Source: Dehalococcoidia bacterium (GTDB taxonomy: Bacteria > Chloroflexota > Dehalococcoidia > Lucifugimonadales > VXLM01). Taken from it: 64,000 nucleotides of DNA. The stretch covers positions 1,210,507-1,274,506 of the forward strand of contig OY759598.1 in assembly GCA_963662435.1 (NCBI GenBank). Direction: 5' to 3'. Positions 10,167 through 19,128 of this stretch are shown in pieces. A program made the translations under genes and the position numbers. Numbering within the stretch: position 1 is the first letter of the stretch; each line of letters begins with the position of its first letter. The notes beneath the pieces were generated by a model. It did no database searches and was not told the origin of the DNA. It saw only the letters and a program-made list of their open reading frames with translations.

Positions 10167-10928
10167 ATGCCAGTCCTACGTCTTGATGAACTCAGCATAG
10201 TACGACAGCACCTGGAGACCTACGTCCGGCGCGACGTAACTGTGACGCTCTTCACCACGTCGAGCGCAGGCATAATCATCCCTGGTCGCGAGTGCGCGGC
10301 GTGCGGCCCCGTCCAGGATTTGCTCGAAGAGGTGACGGGCCTGTCAACGAAACTAACCCTCAAGACGGTCGACTACTACAGCGGTCAGACGGAGGCGCGC
10401 GACTCAGGTATTGGCCGGATACCGGGTTTCACGGTAGGTCGCAATGGAGAAGGACGGATGCGGTACTTCGGGATGCCAAACCTGCGGCAGATGCCCGTAC
10501 TCGTGTCCGCCTTAGTCCGCGCGGCCGAAAAGTCGTCGCCTCTCAAGCTGGAGACGAGGAGGCGGATTCGCCGCCTAAGTGAGGCCGCGCACATTCAGGT
10601 ATTCGTCACTTCGGACAGCGACCACTGCGCGGATACGGCGATGGCCGCCCTAGCAATGGCGGCGGAGTCCCCCAAAGTTACAACCGACGTGGTGGACGTT
10701 GGTACATTCCCAACCCTCATCGACATGCACAACATCCGTGGAGTCCCTGTGACCGTGATAAACGGGCGAGTCTCTTTCACGGGGGCGATGAGTGAAACCA
10801 TGCTCCTCAAGCAGGTGCTCCGTGCTGCCGGAGAGGCAGAAGCAGGCGCCGAGCAGATTGTGAATCACTCTAACGAAGTGACTATGCTCCACCTAGGAGC
10901 GCGAGGCGCGGGCACGACACTTAGATAA
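10167..10928 (+). CDS. Protein-disulfide oxidoreductase (PDO/AhpF-NTD-like, two thioredoxin folds)
   Basis: N-terminal CAAC, 'YFGMP', second fold 'IQVFVTSDSDHC', cis-Pro 'GVP', 'FTGA'. Confidence 0.8.
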   Translation: MPVLRLDELSIVRQHLETYVRRDVTVTLFTTSSAGIIIPGRECAACGPVQDLLEEVTGLSTKLTLKTVDYYSGQTEARDSGIGRIPGFTVGRNGEGRMRYFGMPNLRQMPVLVSALVRAAEKSSPLKLETRRRIRRLSEAAHIQVFVTSDSDHCADTAMAALAMAAESPKVTTDVVDVGTFPTLIDMHNIRGVPVTVINGRVSFTGAMSETMLLKQVLRAAGEAEAGAEQIVNHSNEVTMLHLGARGAGTTLR

Positions 10929-10980
10929 AGCCAGTCCTCGAATTCGGTAACCATATTGAGAAAAGAACGTTTAGAGGAAT

Positions 10981-12525
10981 ATGGGCAAGCAAACTACCAT
11001 GACGTCTAGACTTACGAAGATCCTCATTCCACTCTCAGCGCTGGTCCTGCTCGTAGGAACCGTCTTTGCACTTTCCGACCGGACGGTGTCGGCCCAGAGT
11101 GCGTCTCCTTCGTTCAAGGTGACGGAGTCGAGTGTCACGAGCGAGTTCCCCGAGGGCTATCGAGTCAAGGTCGCCGTCGAAGCGGAAAACGACATCAAGC
11201 AGATAGCAGTGCGCATGAGGATCGGCCAGCGTACTCGTGAAGTGTACGAGTATATGGGCGACGAGGGCGGGGAGGTGGCCGGCGGCAGGGGCAGGACGGA
11301 AGAATTGACGCCCGGCAAGTCGGTAAGGGCGGAGCTCTTCAGGCGCACGAATGCAACGGCGACTTACATACCGCCTGGTACCATTCTCACCTACAACTTC
11401 GACATCGAAGACGTGGAAGGCAACAAGTTCGAGACCGAGCCGGAGCAATTCGTCTACACGGATGTTCGCTACGAGTGGAAGGAGCTCACGGAAGGTCTCG
11501 TGACGGTCGCCTACCACGGGCCGGTTGAGAAGCGAGCGAGCGACGTGCTCGATACTGCCACCAGGGTCATTGATCTGATCAGCCCGATATTCGGCGCGGT
11601 CCACAGGGACCCGATTCGCATCAGCATGTACAACAATGCGGCCGAGTTGGTCGACGCCTATCCCCCACGCTACGGGGCAATCGGGCATGGGGTGATCGTC
11701 AGCGGGCAGGCCCATACTCAAGAGGGCCTGGTGATGATCGAGGCCGGCGGACGTGATGCCCTCGGCACGACGGCCCACGAGATCACGCACATCATCATTC
11801 ACCGCGCGACCTTCAACCCGAGAGCGCAGAACATGCCCTCATGGCTCAACGAGGGTCTTGCGGAGTTCGGCAACATTCACGCGACCATCGGGTATGATCT
11901 TGCGCTGGAGTTTGCGGTCCAGACCGACCGCGTGCTCCCGATGATGTTCATGCGCGGTCAGCCGAGCCAGGGTGAAGACATCATCATATTCTACGGACAG
12001 GCCCGCAGTGTCATTCGCTGGCTCTTCCGTGAATTCGGTCCCGAGAAACTGAACGAGTTCCTCTCTTATATCAGGCGAGGGCAGGATCTCGACCGCGCAT
12101 TCACAAATGCCTATGGCGGGGATCGCGTTGCGATTACCAATATGTGGCGCGAGGAAATCGGAGCAAAGTTGTATGAGCCGCCCTCGAGCGACAGGGTGAA
12201 GCCCACTCCCGTACCCCAAAGAACCCTGGGGCTGTTCAGTCTGACCCCGCAAGCGGGAACGCAGAACATAGGGAGCCAGCAGGCGGAAGAGGACGCAACT
12301 CCGGAGCCGGAATCGACGCCAACGTCAGTCGAAGCCGAGCCGTCACCTACGCCGATGCCTGCATCGGACGATGGTGAGGATGAGGAGGAACCTGCGCCTG
12401 CCGCCGGTACCGGGTGCTTCGCTCCCCTGCAATCGGCAAGCGCTCTTGATCTGACCGGTGTGGCTGTCGTTGCGGGACTGGCCTTCCTGGGAGTCCGACG
12501 GCGGTTTTGGCCCCTCGCCCGTTAG
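10981..12525 (+). CDS. Secreted peptidase MA-family zinc metallohydrolase with C-terminal membrane anchor
   Basis: Signal peptide, AHEITH (HEXXH), WLNEGLAEF, Pro/Glu/Thr linker, C-terminal GC + TM + RRR. Confidence 0.8.
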   Translation: MGKQTTMTSRLTKILIPLSALVLLVGTVFALSDRTVSAQSASPSFKVTESSVTSEFPEGYRVKVAVEAENDIKQIAVRMRIGQRTREVYEYMGDEGGEVAGGRGRTEELTPGKSVRAELFRRTNATATYIPPGTILTYNFDIEDVEGNKFETEPEQFVYTDVRYEWKELTEGLVTVAYHGPVEKRASDVLDTATRVIDLISPIFGAVHRDPIRISMYNNAAELVDAYPPRYGAIGHGVIVSGQAHTQEGLVMIEAGGRDALGTTAHEITHIIIHRATFNPRAQNMPSWLNEGLAEFGNIHATIGYDLALEFAVQTDRVLPMMFMRGQPSQGEDIIIFYGQARSVIRWLFREFGPEKLNEFLSYIRRGQDLDRAFTNAYGGDRVAITNMWREEIGAKLYEPPSSDRVKPTPVPQRTLGLFSLTPQAGTQNIGSQQAEEDATPEPESTPTSVEAEPSPTPMPASDDGEDEEEPAPAAGTGCFAPLQSASALDLTGVAVVAGLAFLGVRRRFWPLAR

Positions 12526-12684
12526 GTGGATGAAGCCGAAAGACTCAAGGCGATTCGTTCGACCGTTAAATTGCCCGTTTCTCGGACGTAGTCGGCCTCG
12601 CGCCCTTGAGAGAGGTCGCGGTGACGCCATGACGACGCCGACTTGTTTCTGGTAAAATGTGCGCCCAACGCAAGGCGGAAGTAT

Positions 12685-13422
12685 ATGTCGATAGTGACTC
12701 TCAGCGGACTCACCGGGGGAGGCGCGCGCAGGCTGGGCCCGGTCATTGCGCAGCGTCTGGGGGCTGATTACGTCGACCGTCTGATACTCACCGACGCCGC
12801 GCGTCACGTCGGCGCGACGGTCGCCGCCCTCCATGAACGTGAAGAACGGCCCCCTACCCGTGGCGAGCGCTTCACTGGGATGGTGCAGCGCATCTTGGAA
12901 CGTGCAGCCGTTAGCGGCGCGGCCGGTGATCCCTACTTCGGTCCCAGTGCAGTCTCTCTGTTGACCGAGGAGTTCGAAGAACTCCCCCAGCCAACCATCA
13001 CCAGGGGCCACGAGATCGAAGACGAAAAGTACCATGATGCTCTGTCGCAGGTGATCCACGACCTCGCTAATACCGGAAACGTGGTCATCGTGGGGAGGGG
13101 CAGTCCTGTGATACTTGGGGATATACCAACGGCGCTTCGCGTCGGCACAGTCGCCGACCGGGAAGACCGCATTGCAAGGATCATGGAAGTCGACCGGCTG
13201 GACCGCGAGGAGGCCGAACAGACCATCATCGATCGTGACCAGGCACGCGCCTACTACTACAAGCGGTACTTCAACATCGACGATCCCGATGACCCGAATC
13301 TCTATCACTTCGTCCTCAACACGAGCGATCTTGGGATCGAATACGCGACCACCATTGTGATTGAAGCCGTCCGCGCGCTGGAGGCAGGACGCGTCAGGAG
13401 CGCGGACGCCAATGCACCATAG
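12685..13422 (+). CDS. Cytidylate kinase-like family protein
   Basis: IVTLSGLTGGG, GNVVIVGRG, DRDQARAYYYKRYF, DPNLYHFVLNT. Extended -10-like TGgTAAAAT upstream. Confidence 0.85.
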   Translation: MSIVTLSGLTGGGARRLGPVIAQRLGADYVDRLILTDAARHVGATVAALHEREERPPTRGERFTGMVQRILERAAVSGAAGDPYFGPSAVSLLTEEFEELPQPTITRGHEIEDEKYHDALSQVIHDLANTGNVVIVGRGSPVILGDIPTALRVGTVADREDRIARIMEVDRLDREEAEQTIIDRDQARAYYYKRYFNIDDPDDPNLYHFVLNTSDLGIEYATTIVIEAVRALEAGRVRSADANAP

Positions 13423-13766
13423 GGCGTTCTCGATGGCGCATAGAATGTGACCCGTTTCGATGTAAGGTGATAGCAGTGCCATGATCCGAGAAAGGCGGGC
13501 TTGTCACGCGGAGGCATTCCCAGGGACGTGACCAAATCCCGTCCACGTAACATAACGAAGAGGCATACCGTACGTCCCTTGAGAGCCATTCAAAGTCATG
13601 GCACAGGACCGACAGAAACACCACCCTACTGCCCGGCAGTTCTCATGGGCCTTTTCCTGCTGTTAGTGCTGTTCTGACTCGTACAATTCTTTGCGTCCTG
13701 GATTCGGGTTCCCAATGGCGACTGATTGAATAGCAGTGGACTACGTGAATGTGAGGAGGGATCAAC

Positions 13767-14009
13767 ATGGTAGATGGCTTCAATCAAGTATCAAATGATC
13801 ACCTGACCGCCAGCGAAGCCCAGCGCCATGCCAACATGGCCGAAGCGGCCTTGCGTGCCGAGCAGCATGTCCAATCGCCATCAAAGCCGCAATCACAGGC
13901 ATGGGACCGTTTGTACTTGATTGCGAGAATCGCGGCCCCGGTGATTGCCGTCATAGGGCTTCTGGCCATGGTCGGATTCGCCGTTTGGGTGGCCGTGTCT
14001 TCAGGGTGA
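13767..14009 (+). CDS. Small hypothetical protein with C-terminal TM helix
   Basis: RBS GAGGAGG; 80 aa, polar N-terminus and hydrophobic C-terminus. Confidence 0.65.
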   Translation: MVDGFNQVSNDHLTASEAQRHANMAEAALRAEQHVQSPSKPQSQAWDRLYLIARIAAPVIAVIGLLAMVGFAVWVAVSSG

Positions 14010-14018
14010 TGCATATCG

Positions 14019-14186
14019 ATGAGTGAATTGAATCAACGCCAAGACCATCCGCGAAAGACCCCCAGGTTCGGGAATAGGTCTGTTAGGTTACTCTCGGCCC
14101 TCTTGCTTCTCATCTTGATTCTCGTGGTGATATTTATCCTAGTGGAGCACCTGAGATCAAGCGGTGGAATGAACATTACTCCGTGA
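14019..14186 (+). CDS. Small single-pass membrane protein (55 aa)
   Basis: MSELNQRQDHPRKTPRFGNRSVRLLSALLLLILILVVIFILVEHLRSSGGMNITP; starts 9 nt after the previous stop; below the ORF-track cutoff. Confidence 0.5.
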   Translation: MSELNQRQDHPRKTPRFGNRSVRLLSALLLLILILVVIFILVEHLRSSGGMNITP

Positions 14187-14524
14187 GGCAGGTTGCTCGG
14201 GGGACTTGCCCAACTCGACTCTGGGCGACAGAGTTTACCGCCGTCGAGTCAAATAGTTCCAGCTTTCGACTCTCTTGAGTTGCTGTTCGAGTTGTACTTG
14301 AAAATCAGGCCGTTCTTGGTAGAGCGTTGGGTTTCGTCCCGGACCGCTGTCAAGTCGAATGACCTAAGGAGACGTCACCATGGCCCCGACTGTCGACCCC
14401 TAACTGTCGACCCCTACTGGTATCTCGCAAAGGGAGCAGAGAGTCTCAAACTCAGGCTTCAAGACTTGGAGCGTGCGAGGGTGAACGAGAATCATGCTGA
14501 GTCGATGGGCGCCGGCAGATCTAG

Positions 14525-15718
14525 GGAACCTCTGAACAACCAGCTGTGGAGTTGGGCTGAGTTGATTGTAGGCGTTTTCGGAGATGTTGAGCCTTTACTT
14601 GGAGCTTAGGTGGGGTTATTTCGTCCTGCTTTTGCCTCTGGCGGGACATCTTCGTCCCTGTCAGCCCTGATTGGGCCCACGTATACAAGGTCACTCACAC
14701 TGCCAAGTATCGCTCGGCTCTCATCAGGTTGGCGAACCCCAGCAGCAATGCCAGCCGCTGCGTGTTCTTGGCCAGCCCTCGGTAGCGGACCTTCGTGTAG
14801 CCAAAGCGCCTCTTGACGTACAGGAACGGATGCTCCACCTTCGCCCTTACTGATGCCTTGCGCTTCTCCCTCGCCGCATCATCGCTCCCAACCTTCAGTT
14901 TTCGACGCTGACCAGGCCTCATCGCCACCTGCCACTCCACCTCCAAGTCTCGATTCTCAGGCCTCTTGTCCACCCCCTGATACCCCGCATCACCCCACAC
15001 TTGTGTCTCCCCACCGTGCAGTAACCGAGGCGTTTCAGTCACGTCATGCACGTTCGCCGGCGTTGTGGACACGCTATGCACCACTCCCGTCTCAGAGTCC
15101 ACTCCGATATGCAACTTCATACCGAAGTGCCACTCGTTACCCTTCTTGGTCTGGCGCATCTCAGGGTCGCGCTCCTTACTCCGATTCTTCGTCGACGACG
15201 GCGCGGCGATGATGCTCGCGTCCACTATAGTCCCCTCCTGTAGACGAAGTCCCTGAGACTCCAGATGACGGTTTATCTCCTCCATCAGGCCCGTGCCCAA
15301 CTCGTGCTTGTCCAACAGATGGCGGAAGTTCAGGATCGTCGTCTCGTCCGGCAACGGCCCAGATAGCCTCAGACCTACGAAGCGTCTCACCGACTCGACC
15401 TCGTAAAGCATGTCTTCTATCCCGGGGTCGCTCAGGTTATAGAACAACTGCACGCAATGTATCCGAAGCATCGTCGACAACTCATAGGGGCGCCGACCAC
15501 GGCCAGCCTTGGGGTAGAACGGTCGGATGCGCTCTTCCAACTCTTCCCAAGGGATCAGACCGTCCATGCGTTCAAGAAACTTCTCCCTGCGAGTCTTTCG
15601 CTTCTTGCCCTCGTATTCCAAGTCGGCGAAGGTTGGCTGGTCCATCGAATCTCTCCTCGGCTATCGTGATGACCCCCATGATACTATGCCTTAGAACATA
15701 GACTTGTTCAGAGGTTCC
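14525..15718 (-). mobile_element. Complete IS5-family insertion sequence, 1194 bp
   Basis: 15-bp terminal inverted repeats GGAACCTCTGAACAA (14525-14539) and TTGTTCAGAGGTTCC (15704-15718); CTAG target duplication at 14521-14524 and 15719-15722. Confidence 0.95.
14695..15645 (-). CDS. IS5 family DDE transposase
   Basis: PDETTILNFRHLL, IVDASII, FGMKLHIGVD, WGDAGYQG, RAKVEHPF, VRYRGLAKN. Confidence 0.97.
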   Translation of the reverse strand: MDQPTFADLEYEGKKRKTRREKFLERMDGLIPWEELEERIRPFYPKAGRGRRPYELSTMLRIHCVQLFYNLSDPGIEDMLYEVESVRRFVGLRLSGPLPDETTILNFRHLLDKHELGTGLMEEINRHLESQGLRLQEGTIVDASIIAAPSSTKNRSKERDPEMRQTKKGNEWHFGMKLHIGVDSETGVVHSVSTTPANVHDVTETPRLLHGGETQVWGDAGYQGVDKRPENRDLEVEWQVAMRPGQRRKLKVGSDDAAREKRKASVRAKVEHPFLYVKRRFGYTKVRYRGLAKNTQRLALLLGFANLMRAERYLAV

Positions 15719-15973
15719 CTAGACGCTGGTTGTGGTTGATGTTCATTTTCGTGACGATAGTCGCTGCGTTGTTTGTCCTTTTCCAGTTGTCAGGCGCCTC
15801 CGATGCGATGCCTTCTTTCTGGTAACACGAACCGCTTTGGGTGCAGCATGGAATCCTTTAGTGGGATTCCGGAAGACACCTTGCAGGTCGAAACATGAAT
15901 CCGGAGCAGGAGCAATTCGACTCTCCAAGCTTCGTTGCCAGTCCCCGCACGGAAGACTGGGCATTTCCTGAAA

Positions 15974-15993
15974 AATCACACGATCGTGTGATT
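15974..15993. promoter_or_regulatory. Perfect 20-bp palindrome, candidate operator
   Basis: AATCACACGATCGTGTGATT, about 90 nt upstream of ATG 16083. Confidence 0.45.
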
Positions 15994-16082
15994 ACAAGGG
16001 CCGAATGGATGCCTTATGCTGGGTACCAGAGGAAGGTTAGGGCATAAGCGAGTCTGCAGCAAAACCATAAGGAGGTGTCACC

Positions 16083-16313
16083 ATGGCGTATGTACCTGAT
16101 GCCAAACTGCGTACGGAAGAAGGCGCCCAGAAGCACGGTTACCGGTTGGAGGACCTTGAGCGTGCAGAGGAGAATGCTCGACACATACGGGCCGTTGGCG
16201 GCAAGTCACGGAGGTGGATGTGGGCCCTCGTGGCGTTAGTCGTAGTCGTAGCCGCCGCCGCGGTCATCTATCAATTTGCCGGGCCTTCCGACCTGGCTAT
16301 GCCGGCACGATAG
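16083..16313 (+). CDS. Small tail-anchored membrane protein (76 aa)
   Basis: Strong RBS TAAGGAGGT; RLEDLERA helix, SRRWMW then TM helix. Confidence 0.8.
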   Translation: MAYVPDAKLRTEEGAQKHGYRLEDLERAEENARHIRAVGGKSRRWMWALVALVVVVAAAAVIYQFAGPSDLAMPAR

Positions 16314-16339
16314 TCACTCGCCCTTGGCAGCAGCTATAG

Positions 16340-17380
16340 TTACGCGACCCCGAACGCTTCCGCGATCAGGCGGTATGAGCGGACGCGGTGATCGAGTCGG
16401 TAGCAGTTCGTGACCACACCGACGTCGGTCGTCCTATAGTCGGACGCAATGCTCACGATGCGGTCGCGGACCTTTTCCGGGGAGCCGTCGACGTAAGCGG
16501 GCTTGAGGCTCTCGATGTACTGCCTCGCGACCTCAGTGACTGGGTAGACTGAAGCCTCCTCCGGTGGGAGCAGTCCCCCTTGCAGGTTCAAGTGCTGCCC
16601 CGCCTTGCTGAGGTTTCGGCTGGACGCAATGTACTGGGCCTCCTCATCCGTCGGCGCGCAGAGGGCCTGCACTGTAACGTTGACTCTCGGCTCATTCAGG
16701 TACTTGGACGGCTTGAACTGTTCCCGATACAGCTCTGCTACGGCTGGTCCGTACTCACCGGTCGTTCCGAAGAAGTCGGCAAACGCAAACGGCAGTCCGA
16801 GCAGGCCCGCAAGTCGCGCCGAGAAGTCACTGGAGCCGAGAAGCCAGACATCGGGTACTTCGGACGGCATGGGTCCGGCCTGCGCGACGATGCCGGAGAA
16901 TGGATGGTCTTCGCTCAACTCATTTTCGAGGAAGGCGAGCAAGTCTGACACCATCTGGGGAAATCGGTTCACGTCGGCGGGAGGACGGGGGTAGGTCAAC
17001 GCTAGGGCCGTGCGCTGATCGCTGCCGGGGGCTCGTCCTATGCCGAGGTCGATGCGGCCGGGGTAGAATGAGTTGAGCGTGCGGAACTGCTCTGCGACCT
17101 TTAGTGCGGAGTAGTGCGGGAGCATGACTCCACCGCTTCCGACGCGGATGGTCGAGGTATTGGCAGCAATCTGGCCGATGAGGATCTCCGGCGAATTGCC
17201 TGTGAATGACGTGGAGTTGTGGTGCTCGGCGACCCAGTAGCGCTTGTAACCGTACTTTTCGGCCTCCACGGCCAGCGCAACGGTATCGCGCAGGGACTCC
17301 GCCGCGGTACTTCCCTTCCGCATGGGTGACTGGTCGACGACGCTGAGGGAGATGTCTTTGGCCGATATCGGATTTGCCAT
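16340..17380 (-). CDS. LLM-class flavin-dependent oxidoreductase (luciferase-like)
   Basis: YWVAEHH, RVGSGGVMLPHY, GRIDLGIGRAPG, WLLGSS. Confidence 0.92.
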   Translation of the reverse strand: MANPISAKDISLSVVDQSPMRKGSTAAESLRDTVALAVEAEKYGYKRYWVAEHHNSTSFTGNSPEILIGQIAANTSTIRVGSGGVMLPHYSALKVAEQFRTLNSFYPGRIDLGIGRAPGSDQRTALALTYPRPPADVNRFPQMVSDLLAFLENELSEDHPFSGIVAQAGPMPSEVPDVWLLGSSDFSARLAGLLGLPFAFADFFGTTGEYGPAVAELYREQFKPSKYLNEPRVNVTVQALCAPTDEEAQYIASSRNLSKAGQHLNLQGGLLPPEEASVYPVTEVARQYIESLKPAYVDGSPEKVRDRIVSIASDYRTTDVGVVTNCYRLDHRVRSYRLIAEAFGVA

Positions 17381-17398
17381 ACGAGAGTGAGTGCCCGT

Positions 17399-18013
17399 CT
17401 ACTTTCTGCGCTCGCGCAGTTTCGACCACACGTCTTCGGGGGTTATCCCCTCCGCGGCGAAGAGCACCAGGGTGTTATAGATCATGTCTGCCGCCTCGGA
17501 CGCCAGGGCGTCACGGTCGCCCATGACCCCTGCAATAGCCGTCTCTCCCGCCTCCTCAATGACCTTCTGCGCGATTCGCGGAGTGCCCTGCTCGAAAAGG
17601 GCGGCGGTGTAGCTCCCCTCCGGCATCTCATCTTTCCGGGACTGAATCACGGCGAAAAGCTCGTCCGTGATGCCTGGTCCTCGGTCACGCGAGACAACCT
17701 CCCCGATCTCGGTGAGCGGGGTGAAGAAACATGACTCCTCGCCGGTGTGACAGGTGGGGCCCACGGGGTCGGCCTTGACGAGGATTGCGTCTCCATCGCA
17801 GTCGAGACGAAGCGACTTGACCTTGAGGTAGTTGCCGGACGTGTCGCCCTTCAACCATAGCTCGGAGCGGCTTCGGCTATAGAACCACACGTTTTCACCC
17901 TCGAGGGTGCGCTTGAGGGACTCCGGATTCATGTAGCCGAGCATGAGCACTTTGCCGGTGGCATCGTCCTGCACAACGGCGGACACCAGTCCTTTCTCGT
18001 CGAGTTGTATCAT
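17399..18013 (-). CDS. hisIE: Bifunctional phosphoribosyl-AMP cyclohydrolase / phosphoribosyl-ATP pyrophosphatase
   Basis: [36 protein letters not shown] 18013 after a GAGGAAGG RBS. Confidence 0.95.
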   Translation of the reverse strand: MIQLDEKGLVSAVVQDDATGKVLMLGYMNPESLKRTLEGENVWFYSRSRSELWLKGDTSGNYLKVKSLRLDCDGDAILVKADPVGPTCHTGEESCFFTPLTEIGEVVSRDRGPGITDELFAVIQSRKDEMPEGSYTAALFEQGTPRIAQKVIEEAGETAIAGVMGDRDALASEAADMIYNTLVLFAAEGITPEDVWSKLRERRK

Positions 18014-18196
18014 GCGACTTCCTTCCTCAGCCCTCCTTGTGTGTCGCGAGGGCGTTTCCATTCTTTCATAGGGGATATTACCCACTCAAGAGATATGTGG
18101 GGGCGGTTGACGACTTGCAGGAGTTGAGGCGACGGACTACTATGGCGGATATCGGACACGCAGCCTTGGCGATCAGTGCAAAATGGAGAATCCTCG

Positions 18197-19111
18197 ATGG
18201 CAGCCCGTCCGTCTTATCGATCGTTTTATTCTTTGGTGTTGGCCGTCCTCGTGATGGCTCTGGTCGGAATTGCATGTGCCCCTTCAGACGACCCGTTTGC
18301 GGTTGGCGACAGGGCGACCCCGACGCCCACACCGACTGAGGCGGAGCAGGTTGCCGCCGCTGAGGCTGCAACCCCTACGCCCACGTGGGTACCCGTTCCG
18401 ACTTCAGTCTCAACTTCGGGGTCACCGAGCGGTCAGGCTGCTGCTGGGACTGATATTGGGCCGACGCGAACTCCGGTGCCAATCCCTGCCGACTATAACC
18501 GAAGCACCGAGGGTCCGCCCAAACACGAGCTTGTGAAGCTGGCGCAGTGGGACGAGAACCGGCTCAAGCTCAGCAACTTCATCGCAGGGTACATAATCGC
18601 GCATGGGTTGAACTTCCCTACCCGCTCCATCGAATTGGAGCCTGAAGGGTATAAGGACGCGCTGGTACATAACGACGTTGACATCGTGCTGGAGGCCGAC
18701 CCTGAATGGGCAAAGCCGTATGCGGATGCCGGAATCGTCGTCTTGCTCAAGCCTCTGTCGTCGGCCAGTCCCGATACAGTCGTTGCCGTGAACGCCTCGC
18801 TCTGGAAGCGCGCGCCGGAGGTTGGAGCGTTTCTCGAACGGTACGAGTGGGATGGCGAATTTTTGACTGCAGAGGCCAAGAGGATCAAGAGCGGCAGGAT
18901 TGCCGTGACCGCTGCCGTCGTTGGTCACACCTTCTTCAAGCGCCAGGAGGAAACGTGGACGCAGTGGGTGTCGCCCGAGGCGGCCGAGACCGTTCGCGCC
19001 GCGATGGAAGAGGGCAAGATCTGGTTCTGCAGGGCGTTCGAAGTACGAGTCATCGGACCATACACGATGAGAGTATGCAAGGACGACCCCTCCGTGAATA
19101 CAAGGCTGTGA
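18197..19111 (+). CDS. Lipoprotein with partial glycine-betaine (ProX/OpuAC-like) substrate-binding domain
   Basis: Lipobox GIAC, PT-rich linker, 'W....L.NFIAGYII.HG', 'DVDIVLE', 'APEV..FL..Y', 'WTQWV'. Confidence 0.6.
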   Translation: MAARPSYRSFYSLVLAVLVMALVGIACAPSDDPFAVGDRATPTPTPTEAEQVAAAEAATPTPTWVPVPTSVSTSGSPSGQAAAGTDIGPTRTPVPIPADYNRSTEGPPKHELVKLAQWDENRLKLSNFIAGYIIAHGLNFPTRSIELEPEGYKDALVHNDVDIVLEADPEWAKPYADAGIVVLLKPLSSASPDTVVAVNASLWKRAPEVGAFLERYEWDGEFLTAEAKRIKSGRIAVTAAVVGHTFFKRQEETWTQWVSPEAAETVRAAMEEGKIWFCRAFEVRVIGPYTMRVCKDDPSVNTRL

Positions 19112-19128
19112 GGACGGGTGTCGAAAGC

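Larger units (their letters stand above)
14380..15825 (+). pseudogene. Paralog of the 16083-16313 membrane protein, broken by a 14-bp tandem duplication and IS5
   Basis: RBS TAAGGAG before ATG 14380. Removing one ACTGTCGACCCCTA copy (14389-14416) and IS5 plus one CTAG gives MAPTVDPYWYLAKGAESLKLRLQDLERARVNENHAESMGAGRSRRWLWLMFIFVTIVAALFVLFQLSGASDAMPSFW*. Confidence 0.85.

Noticed and set aside
12343..13482. 379-aa antisense ORF (and similar long shadow ORFs such as 8963-9829, 20411-21190, 27148-27897)
   Set aside because: They overlap well-supported genes, lack motifs, and are expected in GC-rich DNA.
13560..13725. Hydrophobic reading frame upstream of 13767 as another small membrane gene
   Set aside because: Internal stop and no clear RBS or start; at most an unprovable remnant.
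14193..14609. 138-aa ORF in the track
   Set aside because: Chimera of upstream DNA, the frameshifted pseudogene and the IS5 end; no RBS.
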